From Candidatus Omnitrophota bacterium (GTDB lineage Bacteria > Omnitrophota > Gorgyraeia > Zapsychrales > Fredricksoniimonadaceae), in contig JAGWKL010000001.1 in the NCBI GenBank assembly GCA_028865345.1, positions 63,296-127,295 on the forward strand: a DNA stretch of 64,000 nucleotides, written 5' to 3'. Shown here piece after piece: positions 60,525 to 64,000 of this stretch (positions within the stretch are counted from its first letter, which is position 1; the number at the start of each line of letters is the position of its first letter). The notes under the pieces are model-generated. The model was not told the origin of the DNA and did no database searches. It saw only the letters and a list, made by a program, of their open reading frames with translations. A program made the position numbers and the translations under genes.

Positions 60525-61556
60525 ATGGACCGATTTTCATCCCTTCCCCTGCAGCGGCCTTCGGTGCCGTTGGAGATCATCGTCGAGATCACCGGCCGGT
60601 GCCGGCAGGTCTGCCCTTACTGCACCGGCCCGCGGATACCGGATGTGCCTTTCAAAGATATCAAAGCCGCCCTTGATGAGGCCGCGGGGCTTGGCGTCAG
60701 GGCCATCCGCATTACCGGCGGGGAACCTACCCTGCATCCTGATATCCGCCAAATCCTGACGTACACCAAGGCCAAAAAATTTGACATCATCCTGAACACA
60801 TCCGCCGACAATATCAGCGCGGCCCTGATGAAAACCATCATCGCTACCGTCGACGTTGCGCATGTCTCATTACAAGGCTACGATGAGAAAAACAATGCTT
60901 CCTACACCCGTTCCAAGGTCCCTTTCCTGGATAAAATCAAGAATATCTTTCTTTTAAAAGCTTATCTGCCGACCCTGTGGATCGCCACCGTCATAACGCC
61001 GGCCAAACCGTTAAAGCCCTTTATTCCCATTATTAAAAAGATCCACCCCGCCGCCTGGCTCCTGCAGCGCCCCATCAGTGAGTCCAATGAAGATTTGAAA
61101 AAAATGGACATTCCGTATTACCGTGCCCTTGCGCTTGAGATCATGAAACTCCGCAAAGAAAGGATCAACGCCTTTATTTCCAATCCGATTCCCCTGTGCG
61201 TCGCGGGGAACCTGGATATAGGTCAACAGGTGTTCCTGGGCGCCAAATTAGACGAGGGCCATTTACGCATCGTGCGCAGCGCCAAAGGGTATTTCAAGCC
61301 AAACTACTTTTTAGAGACCAATTTAGGCCGCACCCTTCAGGCTGCGTGGCAGCATCCTTTTTTAAACGACCTCAACCGCACCGACTATCTGCCGGACGAC
61401 TGCCAACGCTGCCCTCTGCTTGAAACCTGCCGGGGAGGCAGCCGTTCCATGGCCCTGCGCACCCACGGCACACCCCTGGCCGCGGATCCTCTCTTCGATG
61501 CCTCTACGGCCCGAAGAGCCCTGTCAAAGTACGATCCAAAACCTCAGCGCCTGTAA
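60525..61556 (+). CDS. Radical SAM/SPASM protein
   Basis: EITGRCRQVCPYC, TGGEPTLHP, CQRCPLLETCRGG. Confidence 0.92.
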   Translation: MDRFSSLPLQRPSVPLEIIVEITGRCRQVCPYCTGPRIPDVPFKDIKAALDEAAGLGVRAIRITGGEPTLHPDIRQILTYTKAKKFDIILNTSADNISAALMKTIIATVDVAHVSLQGYDEKNNASYTRSKVPFLDKIKNIFLLKAYLPTLWIATVITPAKPLKPFIPIIKKIHPAAWLLQRPISESNEDLKKMDIPYYRALALEIMKLRKERINAFISNPIPLCVAGNLDIGQQVFLGAKLDEGHLRIVRSAKGYFKPNYFLETNLGRTLQAAWQHPFLNDLNRTDYLPDDCQRCPLLETCRGGSRSMALRTHGTPLAADPLFDASTARRALSKYDPKPQRL

Positions 61557-62721
61557 ACCACTCCTGCGGGACTGAAACATTGTTTTGAGACCGGCGTGCC
61601 GTTTCCCGGATCGCCGCAGCCAGCCCGTCCGCCGTTAAATGATCAATGGATAAAATCCTGGCGCCGATCGTCTCTTGAAGCATGAGCGCCCTTGCGGGCT
61701 GTTCACGGATCGACTGCCGTCCATACCCCTCAAAAGGAACAAGCACCGACTTCTTTTTGTATTTAAGCAGCATGACCGAGGTATGGTATGACGCCAGGGA
61801 AACGCAAACATCGCTGCTTTTGACCAGCCCTTCATAATCGCCCGCGGAGCGCAACAGCACCAGGTTTTTGATTTTCTTCTGACCCATCAGCGTGTTGAAG
61901 AAATACCATTCTTCAGAGGAAGTGGACGGCCCTGCCACCACGGTCACATAGTATTCTTTTCCCAGAAGATCACTGGCGCGGATGGCTTGGGCGATCACCT
62001 TAGGGTAGACCGCCCCGCCTCCCCGGAGTACGGCTACCCGGCAGGCCCCGGGAGCAGCAGGCGGTTTGGGACGATTCGTATCTTCGTCGTCCAGCGCCAC
62101 CTGGCTCTGGGGCAAAAGATATCCCGCAAATTTGGTTTTGGCAGCATGCCTGTCAAAGAATTCCAGATACCTTTGTTTCTCCTGCGGCCGCGAGAACAAG
62201 CCGGCCACGAACTCTTTTTCCTGCGGCGGCGAGAATATAAGGACCTGCTGATACAAGCGCAATATTTTCTGACGCCAGCCGTCATCCGTACCCGTCAATA
62301 AAGGGTAACCTGCCACGGCCCACAAGGGTGTGCCCTGGGCGGACATTTTAATCAGGGATGGGATCAGTTCATGGCGGCATTCGTGGCTTCCTATGGGGAA
62401 AAATTCCGTTATAAAAAAATCCGGGTTCTCACGGGCGACCAAATCCATGCAAGCCCGGGTCCGTTGTTCGGTCTGCTCCTGCATAGGGAAAGCCGGTTCT
62501 TTCAAGAAAGGCCTTTCCGTCGGAGCTTGAGGCAGCGGATAGACCTTGCCTATCCGGTTTATCATGGCCCTGGTCTGGACGGCCCCCGTCTGGATAAAGA
62601 AAACGTCCCCGTCAGGGGACCTTTTTTTGACGGCCTGCGCAACCGCGATGGCGCGGGAGGTGTGGCCGAAACATTCATAATGGGTAAAATAGAGACCCGT
62701 CTTGCGGGGGGAGGCTTTCAT
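61504..62721 (-). CDS. Predicted GT-B glycosyltransferase (paralog of 45597-46787)
   Basis: FGHTSR, ITEFFPIG, GYPL, RGGGAVYPK, YHT, EQPARA. Confidence 0.8.
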   Translation of the reverse strand: MKASPRKTGLYFTHYECFGHTSRAIAVAQAVKKRSPDGDVFFIQTGAVQTRAMINRIGKVYPLPQAPTERPFLKEPAFPMQEQTEQRTRACMDLVARENPDFFITEFFPIGSHECRHELIPSLIKMSAQGTPLWAVAGYPLLTGTDDGWRQKILRLYQQVLIFSPPQEKEFVAGLFSRPQEKQRYLEFFDRHAAKTKFAGYLLPQSQVALDDEDTNRPKPPAAPGACRVAVLRGGGAVYPKVIAQAIRASDLLGKEYYVTVVAGPSTSSEEWYFFNTLMGQKKIKNLVLLRSAGDYEGLVKSSDVCVSLASYHTSVMLLKYKKKSVLVPFEGYGRQSIREQPARALMLQETIGARILSIDHLTADGLAAAIRETARRSQNNVSVPQEWFTGAEVLDRTLTGLFGP

Positions 62722-62787
62722 AACCGGTTTGAGGGGGCCGTATTAGGCATGGTCTTAAGAGCAGACCTTAGGAATTGAGGAAAAACT

Positions 62788-63576
62788 CTACTGACCGGGT
62801 ATGGGAGATCCAGCGCCGGGTGCATTGCATGCATCACGCATTTCGCTGTTGACAATGTCCGAACAACTGCCCGTCCCTTGGGCAACCCCAAACCAGGTAT
62901 AAAAATCTTTTGATTCCTGTTCAGGGGTCCGTACGTCTGCGAGGATACGGCATCCGGACAGCGCCCTATACCAGTTAAAATTCCAATTAGGCCCATAGGG
63001 CCCGACATAATCTTTGATATATTCTTCACAGGAGGAGGCTGAACCCTTTAAAGCCAAAACATATGCTATCTCCGCCACGGTATCACCTTCATCGTCTTTA
63101 GAAAAATCCGGGACATGCGTAAAAAATGCCTGCCTTGTGCCGGCACCGGGGGAATTGAGGACAGGGCATATCAGCGAAGCCAGCTCTTCCTGCGTCTTGA
63201 GCGGATATTGACTAATTTGACTGTAGAAGCACTCGGTGGGTTCCTTGCCTGTATTGCCTTGACAGGCAGTGTAAGCGCAAATCCATCGACGGATGCCTTT
63301 GGCCTTGCTTAAACAGCCTTCATCCCCCCCGCAGAGGGATAAGCCGCCCTTCGCCGCCTGAAACGCATTAAAATGCAATTGCTCCATGAGGGCCTGCCTG
63401 GGATCAACCGTCGCCGCAGGTATAGAATCGAGATCAATGGCGGGAGACATCGGGGGCTGGCTCTGGTTATCGGCGTTTTGTTGGGCCCCGGCAACACCTA
63501 CCCCGCCGGCGGCCAAAGACAGCAGCATAAAAAGGGCAAGGCCCCTTAACCTAATATGAAGTATGTGTCGTAACAT
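62788..63576 (-). CDS. Secreted Cys-rich hypothetical protein
   Basis: Signal-peptide-like N-terminus ending AGA|QQ and 10 Cys; exact start uncertain (this start overlaps the upstream peptide by 26 bp). Confidence 0.7.
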   Translation of the reverse strand: MLRHILHIRLRGLALFMLLSLAAGGVGVAGAQQNADNQSQPPMSPAIDLDSIPAATVDPRQALMEQLHFNAFQAAKGGLSLCGGDEGCLSKAKGIRRWICAYTACQGNTGKEPTECFYSQISQYPLKTQEELASLICPVLNSPGAGTRQAFFTHVPDFSKDDEGDTVAEIAYVLALKGSASSCEEYIKDYVGPYGPNWNFNWYRALSGCRILADVRTPEQESKDFYTWFGVAQGTGSCSDIVNSEMRDACNAPGAGSPIPGQ

Positions 63577-63820
63577 TGGAATGGTTGATGCAATTGCCCG
63601 ATGTACTCAGCGCATTCGTGTGGGTGGCCGTATTCTGCGCGGATGTGATATCCGTCATCGCCCCTGCCACGCCCAATGCCGCCACCGTAGACAAGCCGAC
63701 CTTTAAAATGGTTTCCTTGCTGACAAAGCCGTCCTCATCTTTCATCAATTCACCGAGAGACTTGGTCAGCGCCGCGGTCTTGTGAACGGCTTTACTTTTA
63801 TTTTTGGTTTTCTTGTTCAT
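63551..63820 (-). CDS. Putative precursor peptide / prepilin-like peptide with His-Xaa-Asn/Ser repeats
   Basis: AGGAG SD; basic N-terminus, KDEDG|FVSKE, hydrophobic stretch, C-terminal THTN..NHSN..THTSY. Confidence 0.75.
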   Translation of the reverse strand: MNKKTKNKSKAVHKTAALTKSLGELMKDEDGFVSKETILKVGLSTVAALGVAGAMTDITSAQNTATHTNALSTSGNCINHSNVTTHTSY

Positions 63821-64000
63821 CGCCGACTCCTTGTGTCCAACGTTGGAAGACCTCTACATACTTTTTATCGCCCAGTAAATAAGAAAAAACCGTCCTGAAC
63901 TGGTGGGTCAACACATGCTGCAGGCGCGAATCCCCCTTAGGGACCACGTTTTTCTCCATTGCGTAATTCACCACAGGATCAACCCCCATCCACGGACTGT
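63798..64000 (-). CDS. C-terminal end of a probable HxsB-like radical SAM/SPASM maturase (partial)
   Basis: Frame is open to the window edge: ...SPWMGVDPVVNYA...FRTVFSYL...VFQRW, resembling the HxsB C-terminus as I recall it (PYCGxDPVxNY...FxxLF...FxxW). Confidence 0.5.
   Translation of the reverse strand, partial: SPWMGVDPVVNYAMEKNVVPKGDSRLQHVLTHQFRTVFSYLLGDKKYVEVFQRWTQGVGDEQENQK

Noticed and set aside
62718-63029. 103-aa minus-strand ORF
   Set aside because: It is an alternative frame overlapping the more protein-like 262-aa secreted ORF.
35753-64000. Mobile element or genomic island origin, or selenocysteine read-through, for the cluster
   Set aside because: No integrase, transposase, tRNA junction or direct repeats were seen. 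The genes translate intact without needing TGA read-through, and the peptide ends at TAG.

Overview
Bacterial chromosome window in two halves, with no mobile elements, CRISPR or rRNA seen. The lineage cannot be fixed from sequence alone; PVC-group/Omnitrophota-like is only a guess. Positions 1-35.6 kb are housekeeping genes on the minus strand: pilM-N-O-P-Q type IV pilus genes, rng, rplU, obgE (no rpmA between them), proBA, nadD, a phosphomutase, plsC, rpsA, tyrS, then tRNA-Thr, rpmG, tRNA-Trp, secE, nusG, rplKAJL, rpoBC, rpsLG, fusA, tuf and the S10 genes up to a partial rpsC. A ~155-nt rod-like structured RNA candidate lies upstream of proB. Positions 35.7-64 kb form a large tailoring cluster that runs off the right edge. 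It holds 10 complete radical SAM genes plus a partial HxsB-like one, a flavin halogenase with RRE-like C-terminal repeats, two GT-B glycosyltransferases, an ArnC/YdjC/ArnT-like trio, a DegT aminotransferase, a PaaK-like ligase, a BtaA-like SAM transferase, a glutaminase-less asparagine-synthase-like ATPase, and an A24 prepilin peptidase. An 89-aa peptide (63551-63820) has a prepilin-type G|FxxxE site and a His-Xaa-Asn/Ser-repeat tail. The leading hypothesis is a RiPP-like system that hypermodifies a prepilin-peptidase-processed peptide or pilin. This is an inference from motifs and gene context and has not been tested.
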